Notes: a model not told the origin generated them from the letters alone. 64,000 nucleotides of DNA from Rhodospirillales bacterium (GCA_038143065.1 JAYQLI010000035.1:1024001-1088000), one strand, 5' to 3'. Shown: positions 22,354 to 33,971, numbered from the stretch's first letter. Made by a program: numbers and translations.

Positions 22354-23271
22354 CTAAACGAACTTTTTTCTAACCGCCGCCTCTCTTCGGAAAATATAAA
22401 ATCCAGACAAAATCACCACCGATGCACCTAACAATGTATGAATTGTTGGTATCTCAAGCCAAATTATAAATCCAATTGTAGTAGCCCATACCATCTGCAT
22501 GTAGTCGAAGGGTGCCACAACTGTCGCGGGAGCCATTTTGTAAGCGCCCACCATCGCAAACTGCCCAATTCCTCCCGCTATACCTGTGCATATAAGAAGA
22601 AGCCATTGATTTGGCGTTGGGTTAACCCAACCAAATAAACAAGCGATACCACTGGCTATAGCAGCAACTGCAGAAAAATATAAAGTGGTGCGCAAAACAG
22701 GCTCTGTTCGCCCAAGTTGCCGCATTGCAATTACCGCGAGAGCATAAAAAAGTGCGGACGCAATAGCTGCGATATATGCAAGTTCAATTCCTAATATGCC
22801 CTCTTCGCCTGGCTGGATCATCAAAAGCACTCCCCCAAACCCGAGAAGCGTTGCTAAAGTTCTTCTCCACCCAACACTCTCTTGAAGCAGTGGGATGGAG
22901 AGCATTGTCACAAAAAGTGGCATCATAAATTGCGTAGCTGTAAGCAAAGCTAAAGGCATTCGAGCAGCAGCCCAATAAAGCAACATCATTGATGCAAAGC
23001 CCGCCAATATTCGATACAGGTGACCGAATGGCCTGCTAGATTTCAAAATACTCCTGGGCGCTCTTAAAAGCATTGGCGTCAGCACTAGAATGCCAACAAA
23101 CATGCGAAAAAACATAACTTGTTGAACTGGTATATCTTTTCCAAGCGCCTTGATGCACGCAAATGACAGTGTAAAGGCAAATCCCGCTACGATGGCCAAT
23201 AGTATTGCCATTCTTATTGGAGCAGATGTGCCGCCACCTACTCCACTTCGTCTTATCGTCAATCTTTTCAA
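22354..23271 (-). CDS. DMT/EamA-family transporter
   Basis: Two EamA repeats; ESVGWRR and APATVVAPFDY. Confidence 0.88.
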   Translation of the reverse strand: MKRLTIRRSGVGGGTSAPIRMAILLAIVAGFAFTLSFACIKALGKDIPVQQVMFFRMFVGILVLTPMLLRAPRSILKSSRPFGHLYRILAGFASMMLLYWAAARMPLALLTATQFMMPLFVTMLSIPLLQESVGWRRTLATLLGFGGVLLMIQPGEEGILGIELAYIAAIASALFYALAVIAMRQLGRTEPVLRTTLYFSAVAAIASGIACLFGWVNPTPNQWLLLICTGIAGGIGQFAMVGAYKMAPATVVAPFDYMQMVWATTIGFIIWLEIPTIHTLLGASVVILSGFYIFRREAAVRKKFV

Positions 23272-23366
23272 TGCACCCGCTTTCGTGGCACCAGTTTACT
23301 TGGCAAGTCTGGACGGAGTAGCTACCGTCGGCAACAAATCCTTTTTTTGCAAGGAAAGTATTTATC

Positions 23367-24152
23367 ATGGCCGACCCAGTCCTATTGAAAAAAGATGGTG
23401 CTATTGCCGTTATTACCCTCAACCGACCTGATGTCCTAAATGCTCTTTCAATAGAAATGGCTGAGCTGCTTTGTGAGATTTGTTGGGAGATTGAAGCCGA
23501 TCAAAGTATTCGAGCTGTGATAGTCAACGGAGCTGGTAAGGGTTTTCAGGCAGGAGGAGATGTTGCCTCCTTCCATTCGGAGATAAAGAGGATTGGTGAA
23601 CACGCTGGCCGCATGATTGATACATATCACGTGGCGGTTAAAACGCTGGTTCGCATGCCAAAGCCGGTTATAGGGCAGCTTCATGGCGCTGTGGCAGGTG
23701 CAGGAATGAGCCTTGCAATGAATCTCGATCTTGCAATTGCAGCAAAAGGAACCGTGTTCACATTGGCCTATGCAAATCTTGGTACAAGCCCGGATGGAGG
23801 CTCAACATTCTTCTTACCAAGGCTGGTAGGCCGAAGAAGAGCAATGGAGATAGCCTTGCTGTCTGAGCGGTTCGACGCTGACCGTGCATATGAACTTGGT
23901 CTGGTTAATAGGGTCGTGCAGGACGACGCCATCGCAAAAGAAGTTATGGGACTTGCAGAACAACTCGCACAGGGTCCAACCCAAGCATATGCGAAAACAA
24001 AAATGTTAATCGACCAATCATTTGAGAATGATTTAGCCACGCAACTTGAAGCTGAAAGAGCAAACTTTGTTTCATCAACAGCAACAAAGGACTTCCAAGA
24101 GGGTGTTGATGCCTTCGTGAATAAACGACGCCCTGTTTTTAGGGGAGAATGA
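23367..24152 (+). CDS. Enoyl-CoA hydratase/isomerase (crotonase, PaaG-like)
   Basis: LNRPDVLNAL, FQAGGD, GAVAGAG, PDGGSTFFLPRLVG. Confidence 0.9.
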   Translation: MADPVLLKKDGAIAVITLNRPDVLNALSIEMAELLCEICWEIEADQSIRAVIVNGAGKGFQAGGDVASFHSEIKRIGEHAGRMIDTYHVAVKTLVRMPKPVIGQLHGAVAGAGMSLAMNLDLAIAAKGTVFTLAYANLGTSPDGGSTFFLPRLVGRRRAMEIALLSERFDADRAYELGLVNRVVQDDAIAKEVMGLAEQLAQGPTQAYAKTKMLIDQSFENDLATQLEAERANFVSSTATKDFQEGVDAFVNKRRPVFRGE

Positions 24153-25021
24153 GTATGAAGAACTCTCTGAAAGGCAAAACGATTTTTGTTACAGGAGCAA
24201 GTCGTGGTATCGGCGCAGAGATTGCAAAACGCGCGGCATCCGATGGGGCAAATGTCGTATTGGCTGCAAAAACGATTGAGCCACACCAAAAACTTCCGGG
24301 CACTCTCCCAGAGATAGCTGCAGAATGCGAAAAACTTGGTGGTCAAGCACTAGTAGTAAGAATGGATTTGCGAGATATAAATCAAATTCAGGCAGGCGCA
24401 GAAGCAGCAGTTGAGGCGTTTGGAGGCATAGACGCTTTAGTGAATAACGCGAGCGTGCAAACCTTCACAAAAACAGCTGACACAACAGCAAAGCAATTTG
24501 ATCTCTTATTTGACATAAATGCCCGTGGCACATTTTTTATCACCCAAGCGTGCCTTCCTCATCTTAAACGATCTTTAAATCCACACATTCTCACAATTGC
24601 ATCACCGGTAAATATGGATCCTCGCTGGTTTGCCGAAAGATTGCCTCGCACAATTTCAAAGTACGCGATGTCAATGATGGTTTGCGGTTGGGCCGAGGAG
24701 CTAAAAGTGGATGGCATCGCCTCCACAGGACTCTGGCCCAGACATGCGGTCGCAACTATGGCTGTGAAGGTATTTAGTCCCACAACCTATGAAGGTTGCC
24801 GAGATCCAAAAATCATGGCTGATGCTGCTCATTGGATTTTAACCCAGCCTGCAATGAACGTTACAGGGCGCTTCTTCCTTGACGACGAAGCGTTATCTGA
24901 GAAGGGCTTAAGCCAATCAGAAATAGACAATTATTGGTTACAACCAACCAAACGCTCTCGAACCTCAAGTTTTCTTGATTATGACGAACGTCTTACCCCT
25001 CTAGGGAGCCCTGGCTCATGA
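24149..25021 (+). CDS. HSDL2-like short-chain dehydrogenase
   Basis: TGASRGIG, AAKTIEPHQKLPGT, NARGTF, IMADAAHWIL...TGRFFLD. The YxxxK tyrosine appears replaced (RTISK). Confidence 0.85.
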   Translation: MSMKNSLKGKTIFVTGASRGIGAEIAKRAASDGANVVLAAKTIEPHQKLPGTLPEIAAECEKLGGQALVVRMDLRDINQIQAGAEAAVEAFGGIDALVNNASVQTFTKTADTTAKQFDLLFDINARGTFFITQACLPHLKRSLNPHILTIASPVNMDPRWFAERLPRTISKYAMSMMVCGWAEELKVDGIASTGLWPRHAVATMAVKVFSPTTYEGCRDPKIMADAAHWILTQPAMNVTGRFFLDDEALSEKGLSQSEIDNYWLQPTKRSRTSSFLDYDERLTPLGSPGS

Positions 25022-26082
25022 CGGATGAAATGGACGCCACTGCAGTAACAGAGGTCAGAGAGGCCCATGCAATTGACCAGGGACGCCTCGCGGAGTTCCT
25101 AAAGGAAGCATTACCAGAAACTCAGGGGCCTATGAAACTATCTCAGTTTGCTTATGGCCAATCAAATCCAACTTATGTCGTGGGTTTTGATGACGTAGAA
25201 TACGTCTTACGCAAACAACCTCCAGGCGAGCTCTTACCATCTGCTCATCAAGTGGATAGAGAATTTCGCGTTCAAAAAGCACTATCCGAAGCGGGGTACC
25301 CGGTTGCCAAGCAGTTTCTTTATTCTGACAACCGCGAAATCGTGGGCACGCCTTTTTATGTGATGGAGCGCATGCAAGGCCGGGTTTTCAAAGATACAAG
25401 CCTGCCTGACTGCTCCCCTGAACATCGAGCTGAGATGTATAAGAGCCTTGCTGAAACACTGGCGCAACTTCATACCTTTAGCCCAGCAGAGCTTGGCTTA
25501 GAAGATTTTGGAAGACCTGGCGACTGGTATCGACGGCAATTCAAGCGCTGGTCAAGAAATTTTTCTGAAACGCAGACGCAGGCAATGCCCGCAATGCAAC
25601 CCCTCATGGAATGGCTGGATGCCCATATGCCGGAGGACAACGAGACACGTATTGCCCACGGGGACTACCGGATGGGCAATGTAATGTTTCATCCAACGGA
25701 GCCTCGAGTGGTCGCAGTCTTTGATTGGGAAATTTCTACTCTTGGGCACCCTTTAGGCGATTTAGCCTATTGTGCAATTTTGTACGGAACAAACCCACAG
25801 CAATTCTTTGGTTTAGAGGGCCTTAATTCAAACGCACTTGGAATTCCAACCTTTGAAGAATTCAACTCTATTTACTGTGAAGCTGCTGGGCGTAGCGATG
25901 GAGGCTTGACCAACGCCCATATGGCCCACGCTTTTTTCAGATTTGCTGCAATATTGGATGGAGTGCGTGCTCGTGGACTTGCGGGCAATGCCGCCTCTAC
26001 AGATGCCGCTGATATTGGTCTCATAGCACCAGAGATTGCTGCTCGTGGTTGGAAATATGCTCAGGCCAAAAATTCCATGTAG
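25018..26082 (+). CDS. APH-family phosphotransferase (ACAD10/11 kinase-domain/LvaA-like)
   Basis: GQSNPTY, LLPSAHQVDRE, HGDYRMGN, FDWEISTLGHPLGDL. Confidence 0.9.
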   Translation: MTDEMDATAVTEVREAHAIDQGRLAEFLKEALPETQGPMKLSQFAYGQSNPTYVVGFDDVEYVLRKQPPGELLPSAHQVDREFRVQKALSEAGYPVAKQFLYSDNREIVGTPFYVMERMQGRVFKDTSLPDCSPEHRAEMYKSLAETLAQLHTFSPAELGLEDFGRPGDWYRRQFKRWSRNFSETQTQAMPAMQPLMEWLDAHMPEDNETRIAHGDYRMGNVMFHPTEPRVVAVFDWEISTLGHPLGDLAYCAILYGTNPQQFFGLEGLNSNALGIPTFEEFNSIYCEAAGRSDGGLTNAHMAHAFFRFAAILDGVRARGLAGNAASTDAADIGLIAPEIAARGWKYAQAKNSM

Positions 26083-26205
26083 TGAGATAAAGTAGTCCCA
26101 AAACAATATTGTGTCATTGCCCCTGCCTGGTCCAAACTCGCAAGGAGACACGAAGATATTTTATCTTTTCGACAGCTCAATATAGAAAAAAGGAATACTT
26201 CCTAA

Positions 26206-27957
26206 ATGACCGAGGTTTTGCGCAATGATCCTGTTCGACGCCTTTTAGGTGGCCGTGCTCTTGCAGAGATGCTGAAGTTAGCGGGTGGCTCCCCAATGTT
26301 TGGAATGGGTGGCTTCCAACTACTTCCATTCTACGACGCAGTTCGTGAATTAGGTCTAGTGCATACCCTTATTAATGATGAGCGATGTGGCTGTTTTGCG
26401 GCGGATGCCTGGTCTCGGGTGACTGGTCGTGTCGGCGTGGTCGATGCCACTTTAGGTCCTGGAGCGACCAATCTCACAACCGCACTGGTTGAGAGCCTCA
26501 ATGCGGGCGTTCCGCTTATTGCGATCGTTGGAGATGCAAACCGCACACACGCTTGGAAAAATATGACGCAAGAGGCGAAGCAGCTAGAAATCCTCGCCCC
26601 ATGCGCCAAAGAAGTCATCAGAGTTGAGGTAGGCACAAGAGTCCCAGAACTAGTTCGTCGTGCATTTGCGGTGGCAACCGCAGGACGCCCAGGGCCCGTA
26701 ATCTTAGACGTTCCTGAAGATATTGCCCACGGAGAATTCGACTACGACGCCAACGACTTTTGGATCGATGAGGACACACTCTCCATTCCTTCTCGCACTT
26801 CCCGCCCAGGGCGAACTGCAACAAGACAGGCTGCGGAATATCTACGCAAAGCAAAGCGACCAATAATGATGGTTGGCGGCGGCATTCATTTATCCCAGGG
26901 TTACGACGCCCTTCTGAGACTAGCCGAGCAGGAAAATATTCCTGTTGCTCACACCATGAGCGGAAAAGGAGGCATTGCTTGCACCCATCGCCTCAACGCC
27001 GGACTTTTTGGCCGCTATGACCGAATTGCTAACGACTTGATTGATGCGTCCGACTGTCTGTTAGTTGTTGGATGTAAACTTGGTGAAATTGCTACTAAGC
27101 GTTTTGCTCTCCCTTTATCTGGAAAACCTCTAATCCATCTCGAAGTTTGGCCGGAAGAGATTGGACGTACAACACCACCAACAGTTGCCCTTGTTGGTGA
27201 TGCTGGAGAAGGCCTCGCCGACTTGGCTGATGAACTGAATGAAAAAGCAGAACTAAGACGAAAAAATCGTCAAGCCTATTGTGACGAGGTCCATCAGAAA
27301 ATGGCCAAATGGGTTGAAGGCGCAGAACCACGCTATGGCTCTAAGGAGCGCCCTATTAACATGGGACGCGTTATCCGGGAGCTAATGAATACTATGCCCG
27401 AAGATGGTGTATTAGTAGCGGACGGCGGTTTTGCTGGCCATTGGACTGGACTTCTCTATGACACAAAGAAATCAGGCCGCACCTACGTACCTGATCGTGG
27501 ATTTGCTTCCATAGGTTATGGCCTACCTGGTGCAATAGGTGCTCAGCTGGCTTGTGGCAAAACTTCCCCTGTTGTTGCGTTAACAGGTGATGGCGGATTC
27601 AATATGACATTGGGAGAGCTTGAAACCGCTCGAAGACTAAAGCTTGGTCTAACGATGATAGTCGTAAACAATGCAGCATCCGGTTATGTCAAAGCCCTCC
27701 AGCACGCGATGTACGGTGGTCGCTATCAATCAAGCGACCTTGAAGAGGTCAATTATGCTAACGCAGCCACAGCACTAGGCTGCGAGGGAATACGTGTTGA
27801 AGACCCAGGTGATCTCGCAGAAGCACTTCGCCGAGGCATGGCCAATAAAGACCAACCAACCGTGCTTGATGTGGTTGTTACTCGTGATCCAGCGAAGATG
27901 CTACCAGCGGTAGACAGCCGCACAGCACCTATCAAAAAAGGCGATCGCATCGCCTAG
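26206..27957 (+). CDS. ThDP-dependent enzyme, acetolactate synthase-like
   Basis: TLGPGATNL, GRPGPV, IGYGLPGAIGA, GDGGF...VNN. Confidence 0.88.
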   Translation: MTEVLRNDPVRRLLGGRALAEMLKLAGGSPMFGMGGFQLLPFYDAVRELGLVHTLINDERCGCFAADAWSRVTGRVGVVDATLGPGATNLTTALVESLNAGVPLIAIVGDANRTHAWKNMTQEAKQLEILAPCAKEVIRVEVGTRVPELVRRAFAVATAGRPGPVILDVPEDIAHGEFDYDANDFWIDEDTLSIPSRTSRPGRTATRQAAEYLRKAKRPIMMVGGGIHLSQGYDALLRLAEQENIPVAHTMSGKGGIACTHRLNAGLFGRYDRIANDLIDASDCLLVVGCKLGEIATKRFALPLSGKPLIHLEVWPEEIGRTTPPTVALVGDAGEGLADLADELNEKAELRRKNRQAYCDEVHQKMAKWVEGAEPRYGSKERPINMGRVIRELMNTMPEDGVLVADGGFAGHWTGLLYDTKKSGRTYVPDRGFASIGYGLPGAIGAQLACGKTSPVVALTGDGGFNMTLGELETARRLKLGLTMIVVNNAASGYVKALQHAMYGGRYQSSDLEEVNYANAATALGCEGIRVEDPGDLAEALRRGMANKDQPTVLDVVVTRDPAKMLPAVDSRTAPIKKGDRIA

Positions 27958-27974
27958 TCTGCTAGGAGAAGGTT

Positions 27975-29932
27975 ATGGACGTAGCATTAAAAAATGAAAG
28001 TCATGCCATACTGAAAGATCGCATTCGCGCCGCTGCCGCTGACCCTAATCTTGAAACAATGTTGGCAGAAGCTGATATTTCGCCCACCCTACTCACACTG
28101 GCACACATTTCTGGGGATGATGATTTTTTAGATGAGGCCCGTCCCTACATAGAAGGCGGTTGGAGCTTCATGGTCCATATCCCTGAAGAGCTGGCAACTC
28201 GCATTCGTACACGCTTAGCCGAGGTTTTGCGTGAGATAGCTTCAGGCAATAGGGAAGTAGCGCCTCCCCTTCGGGCGAACGACTACACCGCCTTATGAAT
28301 GTAGGCGTTGGAATGGGAATGCCATCTTCCTACGTCCCAATGATGATTGAAGAGATGCAGTTTGACGACCGCGATCCACGAACCGTCGAATGGCGCAAAG
28401 CAAAGCCCGATTGCCTAGACAACTTTAAAATTGTGATTGTTGGGGCAGGACTCTCTGGGCTTGGACTAGCAATAAAACTCAAAGAAGCGGGATACAACTT
28501 TACTATCTACGACCGAGCTGATGCCGTAGGCGGAACCTGGTACGTCAACCGATACCCAGGCTGTGGCGTAGATACACCAAACCACTTCTTCTCCTATTCC
28601 TTTGAACCAAACCACGACTGGTCCGAACATTTTTCGAAACGTGATGAGCTGTGGAGCTATCAGGAGAGCCTTGCAAATACTTACGGACTTCGCCCGCATA
28701 TTGAACTTAAAACTGAGGTTTTATCTGCAGACTTTAATGAAAGTTCCCAAATTTGGGTTATTCGGATAAGACGCGAAAACGGTACAGAAGAAACCATCCA
28801 AGCCAATGTTTTTGTAACGGCTGTTGGCCAACTTAACACGCCGAATATTCCAGCCATTGAGGGACTCGAAAATTTTAACGGCAGTGTGCTGCATACAGCC
28901 GAGTGGGATGACTCTGTATCGCTTGAAGGGCGTAACGTTGCGATGATTGGCACCGGCGCTAGTGGAATGCAAACGGGCCCATCAATTGCACCTAAAGTCA
29001 GTAATTTAACAATTTTTCAGCGATCGCCACATTGGGCAATCCCGAATGCGAACTACCACAAGCGCGTTGCTGAGGGCATGAAATGGACTTTGAAGTCCAT
29101 CCCTTTCTACGCGAAATGGAACCGATTTTTGCTTTTCTGGGCCGGAAGCGATGTGCTTCACGACTCACTGCATATCGATCCAAGCTGGTCCTCGCCAGAT
29201 CTCTCATTGAATGCTCAGAATCAGAAATTTCGTGAAGATCTAATCTCCCATATGCGACAAGAGATGGGAGGTAATGAGGAACTTTTATCCAAAACAACAC
29301 CACCTTACCCTCCGTACGGAAAAAGGATGCTGAGGGACAATCATTGGTACCGGATGCTAGTCCGCGACAACGTAAACTTAGTTACCGAACAAATCACACG
29401 CGTAACAGATTCAGGCATTGAAACGCATGATGGCCAAGAACACACGTGTGACACCATTATTCTTGCCACTGGTTTTCAGACCACTCGAATGCTTGGGCCG
29501 CTTGGAGAGTCCATACGAAACGAAAATAAGGAAACTCTCCGCCAGAGCTGGAATGAAGATGACCCCCGTGCTCATCTTGGCATTATGACCCTTCGCTTTC
29601 CAAATCTTTTTATGATGTATGGGCCAGGCACGAACCTCGCTCACGGTGGAAGCATTATTTTCCATATGGAATGTCAAATTCGATATATCATGCAAGCATT
29701 ACGGGAATTGACCGAAAACGGTCACAATCGGATGGAAGTTCGAGCAGAACCTCACGATGCTTACAATGCAAAACTTGATGCCAAGCATTATTCCATGGTT
29801 TGGACTCACAAGGGGGTCAACAACTGGTATAAAAATAAGGCAGGGCGAGTATTTGCTAATTCCCCATGGCGCCTGGTTGACTACTGGGCCTTCACCCAAA
29901 AACTCAAACCCGAAGAATACGAATTCTCATAG
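27975..29932 (+). CDS. Type I Baeyer-Villiger monooxygenase with HAPMO-like N-terminal extension (frameshift in a C run near 28268)
   Basis: GAGLSG, GGTWYVNRYPG, fingerprint FNGSVLHTAEWD (FxGxxxHxxxWD), GTGASG and ATGF. The two ORFs join as APPPSGERLHRLMN. Confidence 0.9.
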
Positions 29933-29945
29933 GAGACCAAATTAA

Positions 29946-30749
29946 ATGGGCAAATTAGAAGGCAAAGTGGCTCTCGTTACGGGCGGTGCCCGAGGTATTG
30001 GTGCTGCGGCCGCTAAAAAGATGGCAGCTGAAGGGGCCACCGTTATGGTGGGTGATATTTTAGAAACACAAGCCAAAGAAACTGTCTCGGCTATAGTTTC
30101 ATCAGGCAGTCAAGCAGAATTTACAGAACTTGACGTGACGTCAGAAACATCCTGGCAATCGGCCATCGACGCAACGGTCAGTGCATTTGGCAAGCTCGAT
30201 ATTCTGGTTAACAACGCTGGAATATTTCTAGGTAAAGACCTCCTAGAAGCATCAATGGAGGAATGGAAGCGCCTAGTAGACATTAACTTAACTGGCGTAT
30301 GGCTTGGAGTGAAATTAGCAACCCCGGCCCTCGCAAAAGCTGGGGAGACCTCTCCTCAAGGAAGTGCAATTGTCAACCTCGCATCAGTGGCAGGGGTGGT
30401 CGGTTCTCAACTCGATCCACTTTATTCTTTGACCAAGGGTGGGGTCACCCTTTTCACAAAATCTGCAGCTCTAAACCTTTCTAGACGAGGTTATAAAATC
30501 CGAGTCAATTCAATTCACCCAGGTGTTATTGACACCGACATGGGCGCCCAAACATTTGTTGCGCGAGCGAACCAAACCCGTTCAAACGATACTGAGAGGG
30601 CAAGGCAAATAGCCATCTCAGGACACCCAATTGGGCGTCTTGGGCTTGCTGAAGACATAGCAAATGGCATCTGCTTCCTGGCATCAGATGAGGCCGGTTT
30701 CATGACCGGTTCTGCGATGGTTGTCGATGGTGGAATGACCGCGCAGTAA
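29946..30749 (+). CDS. Short-chain dehydrogenase (cyclic alcohol/hydroxysteroid dehydrogenase-like)
   Basis: TGGARGIG, NNAG, YSLTK, RVNSIHPG. Confidence 0.9.
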   Translation: MGKLEGKVALVTGGARGIGAAAAKKMAAEGATVMVGDILETQAKETVSAIVSSGSQAEFTELDVTSETSWQSAIDATVSAFGKLDILVNNAGIFLGKDLLEASMEEWKRLVDINLTGVWLGVKLATPALAKAGETSPQGSAIVNLASVAGVVGSQLDPLYSLTKGGVTLFTKSAALNLSRRGYKIRVNSIHPGVIDTDMGAQTFVARANQTRSNDTERARQIAISGHPIGRLGLAEDIANGICFLASDEAGFMTGSAMVVDGGMTAQ

Positions 30750-30754
30750 AAACG

Positions 30755-31128
30755 TTGTTGAAGCTAACGTTCTGCCTCCATCGAAAACCTGAAATGAGTC
30801 GGGAAGCTTTCCTGAAATACTGGGAACACGAACATGGCCCTCGCGTGGCTGGGCATTTAAAGGCAATAGGATGCAAAAAGTATGTTCAAGTTCGCAGCAT
30901 CGAAGGAAGTTTAGCAAAAAAATTGCTAAGTCTCGTGGGGGGCAGAAACCATTTGATGGAGTTGCAGAGCTTTGGTTTGAAAACCAAGACAAATTCATAA
31001 AACATGCCAGCACAGCAAGTGGAATGGCGGCTGCCAAAGACCTGTATAAGGACGAAGAAAAATTTATCGACATGACCAACTCAGTGATCTTTCTGTCTGA
31101 AGAACAGTTAGTCATTGAGGTAAATTAG
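30755..31128 (+). CDS. EthD-domain protein (frameshift near 30915-30940)
   Basis: KLTFCLHRKPEMSREAFLKYWEHEHGP plus FDGVAELWF...DEEKFID. Confidence 0.85.
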
Positions 31129-31244
31129 CGTTTGGAAAGTCATCTAATCCATAAGTAAAAAAATACAAATGGGTAAAATTGGTGAGTGACGCCATGCATT
31201 AAATAGAGTTATCATTTCCTTGGATAAATGGGAGAGCACTATAA

Positions 31245-33011
31245 ATGCCCGATAAATTTGATCTTATCATTCGCAATGGTTCTGTCGTTGATGGTACAGG
31301 ATCTCAACCTTTCACAGCTGATGTTGCCATCAAAGACGGGGTAATCGTAGCTGTTGGTACCGTGGACGGAGACGCACCGCGAGAGATTGAGGCGAAGGGC
31401 AAATTAGTAACTCCAGGATTCGTCGACATTCATACACATTATGACGCTCAGGCGGTTTGGGACTCCCACCTAAAACCATCTTCCCTTCACGGAGTAACGA
31501 CTGTCGTTATGGGCAACTGCGGCGTTGGCTTCGCTCCCTGCAAACCAGAAAATCGCGAAAAGCTAATCGAGCTAATGGAAGGTGTTGAAGACATTCCTGG
31601 CGCAGTAATGCACGAAGGGCTGGAGTGGACCTGGGAGAGCTTTCCTGAATATCTGAACGCTTTGGAAGCGAAATCGAGAGATGTAGACGTCTGTGCACTC
31701 CTCCCACATTCAGCGGTTCGAGTGCACGTTATGGGTGATAGGGCTGTTGCTTTTGAGCCAGCAACCAAGGATGACATCGCAGAAATGCGAGCAATAACGA
31801 CGGAAGCCGTAAAAGCTGGAGCTTTTGGTATTTCCACCAGTCGAACCACAAGCCATAAAACCCTTGCTGGCGACTACATTCCTACATTACGAGTTTATGA
31901 AGATGAGCTACTCGGCCTTGCCGAGGGGGTTCGTGATGCAGGGGGTGGAATGATCGAGGCAGTCTCTGACTGGATCACAGATGCCACACCTGACACAATC
32001 AACGCCGAACCCGATCCGGTAGAGGCGTTTGGCATTCTTCGACGTGTCTCAGAAAAAAGTGGCCAGCCATTAGTTTATACGCTTGCTCAGCGAAATAACT
32101 GGCCAGAAGTATTCGCAAAACTTCTCGAATTAAATCGCCAAGCCTATGCTGAAGGCGTAAATATTCGTCCTGTGTTCCCTCCTCGGGCAATTGGAATTCT
32201 TCTTGGTCTCCAGGCAACACAGACACCTTTCTCGGGCTGTCCAACCTTCAAGAAATTGAATGACCTTCACCTTGAAGAAAAAGTTGAGAAGCTTCGTGAT
32301 CCTAAAATCCGGTCACAGATTTTGTCTGAAGACCCCGTGAAAGAAAGTACCTTTCCTCTGATCCATCGCATGTCATATGGCTACATGTTCCGATTTGGGA
32401 ATAAAGATTATATTCCACAAGCAGAGGACTCCGCGTCGGCTATCGCTGAACGAGAAGGTAGAACGGCAGCAGAAGTTGCCTACGACATGTTGCTCGAAAA
32501 TGACGGCAAAAATTTCATCTATATGCCTATTACCAATTACACTGACTATGGGTTATCTGCTTCAGAAGCGTTACTTAATGAAAAGATGGCAATCATGGGC
32601 CTCGGCGATGGAGGTGCCCATGTCGGATTTATTCTCGACGCTGGCTTTCCCACCTGGCTGCTTACTCACTGGGGCAAAAGCACAGGTAAGTTCGATGCAC
32701 CCGAACTCATCCGTCGCCTTACTTCGGATACAGCAGAAGCAGCAGGCCTTCGTGACCGTGGCCGCATAGCAGTTGGGTTTAAGGGCGATCTCAACGTGAT
32801 TGATTGGGATGCCTTGGACTTTGAAGCTCCTTATATGATTCAGGATCTTCCAGCGGGCGGCAAACGGTTGATGCAAGGAGCGTCAGGCTACGATTATACA
32901 ATAGTAAGTGGGGTGGTGACCTTTGAAGGCGGTGCCGCTACGGGAGCTTTGCCTGGCAGATTAGTCCGCGGGATGCAGAATACACCCGCAGTGGCTATAG
33001 CCGCGGAATAG
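31245..33011 (+). CDS. N-acyl-D-amino-acid deacylase-family amidohydrolase
   Basis: PGFVDIHTHYD, MGNCGVGFAP, DGGAHV, DLPAGGKRL. Confidence 0.9.
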   Translation: MPDKFDLIIRNGSVVDGTGSQPFTADVAIKDGVIVAVGTVDGDAPREIEAKGKLVTPGFVDIHTHYDAQAVWDSHLKPSSLHGVTTVVMGNCGVGFAPCKPENREKLIELMEGVEDIPGAVMHEGLEWTWESFPEYLNALEAKSRDVDVCALLPHSAVRVHVMGDRAVAFEPATKDDIAEMRAITTEAVKAGAFGISTSRTTSHKTLAGDYIPTLRVYEDELLGLAEGVRDAGGGMIEAVSDWITDATPDTINAEPDPVEAFGILRRVSEKSGQPLVYTLAQRNNWPEVFAKLLELNRQAYAEGVNIRPVFPPRAIGILLGLQATQTPFSGCPTFKKLNDLHLEEKVEKLRDPKIRSQILSEDPVKESTFPLIHRMSYGYMFRFGNKDYIPQAEDSASAIAEREGRTAAEVAYDMLLENDGKNFIYMPITNYTDYGLSASEALLNEKMAIMGLGDGGAHVGFILDAGFPTWLLTHWGKSTGKFDAPELIRRLTSDTAEAAGLRDRGRIAVGFKGDLNVIDWDALDFEAPYMIQDLPAGGKRLMQGASGYDYTIVSGVVTFEGGAATGALPGRLVRGMQNTPAVAIAAE

Positions 33012-33029
33012 TTTCACAAGGGACCAATC

Positions 33030-33108
33030 ATAAGTTTGTGAGCTCTTCCTCTACAGGAACCTCACAAACTTATAGAAAAGCCGCTGCCCATTCCCATAAG
33101 GTGGGCAG
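33030..33108. terminator. Paired hairpins between convergent genes (likely terminators)
   Basis: ATAAGTTTGTGAG...CTCACAAACTTAT 13-bp stem (33030-33073) and CTGCCCA...TGGGCAG (33084-33108). Confidence 0.6.
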
Positions 33109-33175
33109 AAGAGACGCATAAAAACAGGGTGTTGTTAACAGGAAAGAACGTGCCACCGGAGGCATATTTCCTAAA

Positions 33176-33920
33176 CTATTTGATGTCTTTTACGCATCGA
33201 AAACCAATATAAACTACCGCCATATCTCTGGGCTTTGTTGCTCGATATCCAGCTTCCATTTGTGACGCCCCATACCACCAAGAGCCACCACGCGTCCCCT
33301 TTTGGCTATCCTCCGGAATTTCGACCCACTCCCAAACATTTGCCCCCATATCGAACAGCCCGTTGACACCAGCTACCGTTTTTCCAGCCTCAGCATGCCC
33401 TCTTCCTCTCGATAAAACTGCCGAGTGATCTAGGCCAACACTATTACCGCAATCCCTTAAACAATTTGCGCCACTTGCGGTGTTACCTGTTGGATAACGA
33501 TACGTATGACCTCTGGAGAATGGCTGGGGGTGCTTTCCGCATCTCTGTATAAGCCGCCTTGATCCATTCTGATTCAGTTGGCAGGCGCTTGCCTGCCCAT
33601 TTGCAGTAAGCAAAGGCTTCATCAAAAGTAATATGAACAGCGGGCTCATTTGCCATGCCTTTGACGCCATACGGCGCCCGCCAGTTCCAGCCTGCTTTCT
33701 TTTCCCATCCAGCGTCATACACCAAACCACCGCCTTCACGCTCAGCTTTTGTCACGAGAGACGTACTCTCCGCGAAACGCGTGAATTCTGAAATTGTTAC
33801 TTCGGTCAAATCAATTTCAAATGTCCCTATCGGTTGCATCCGCTCTGATGCAACACTTGGAAACACTCCTAAAACGATATTGAGCAGCAAAATGATAATG
33901 GAAGCTTTTTTTGGGCTCAC
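33176..33920 (-). CDS. Secreted FGE-sulfatase (SUMF1/formylglycine-generating enzyme-like) domain protein (frameshift near 33520)
   Basis: Signal peptide; [41 protein letters not shown]. Confidence 0.85.
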
Positions 33921-33971
33921 GACGCGTCCTACGCTTAACTTTGAATTTAACTTCGGGCTTTATTTCAACAC

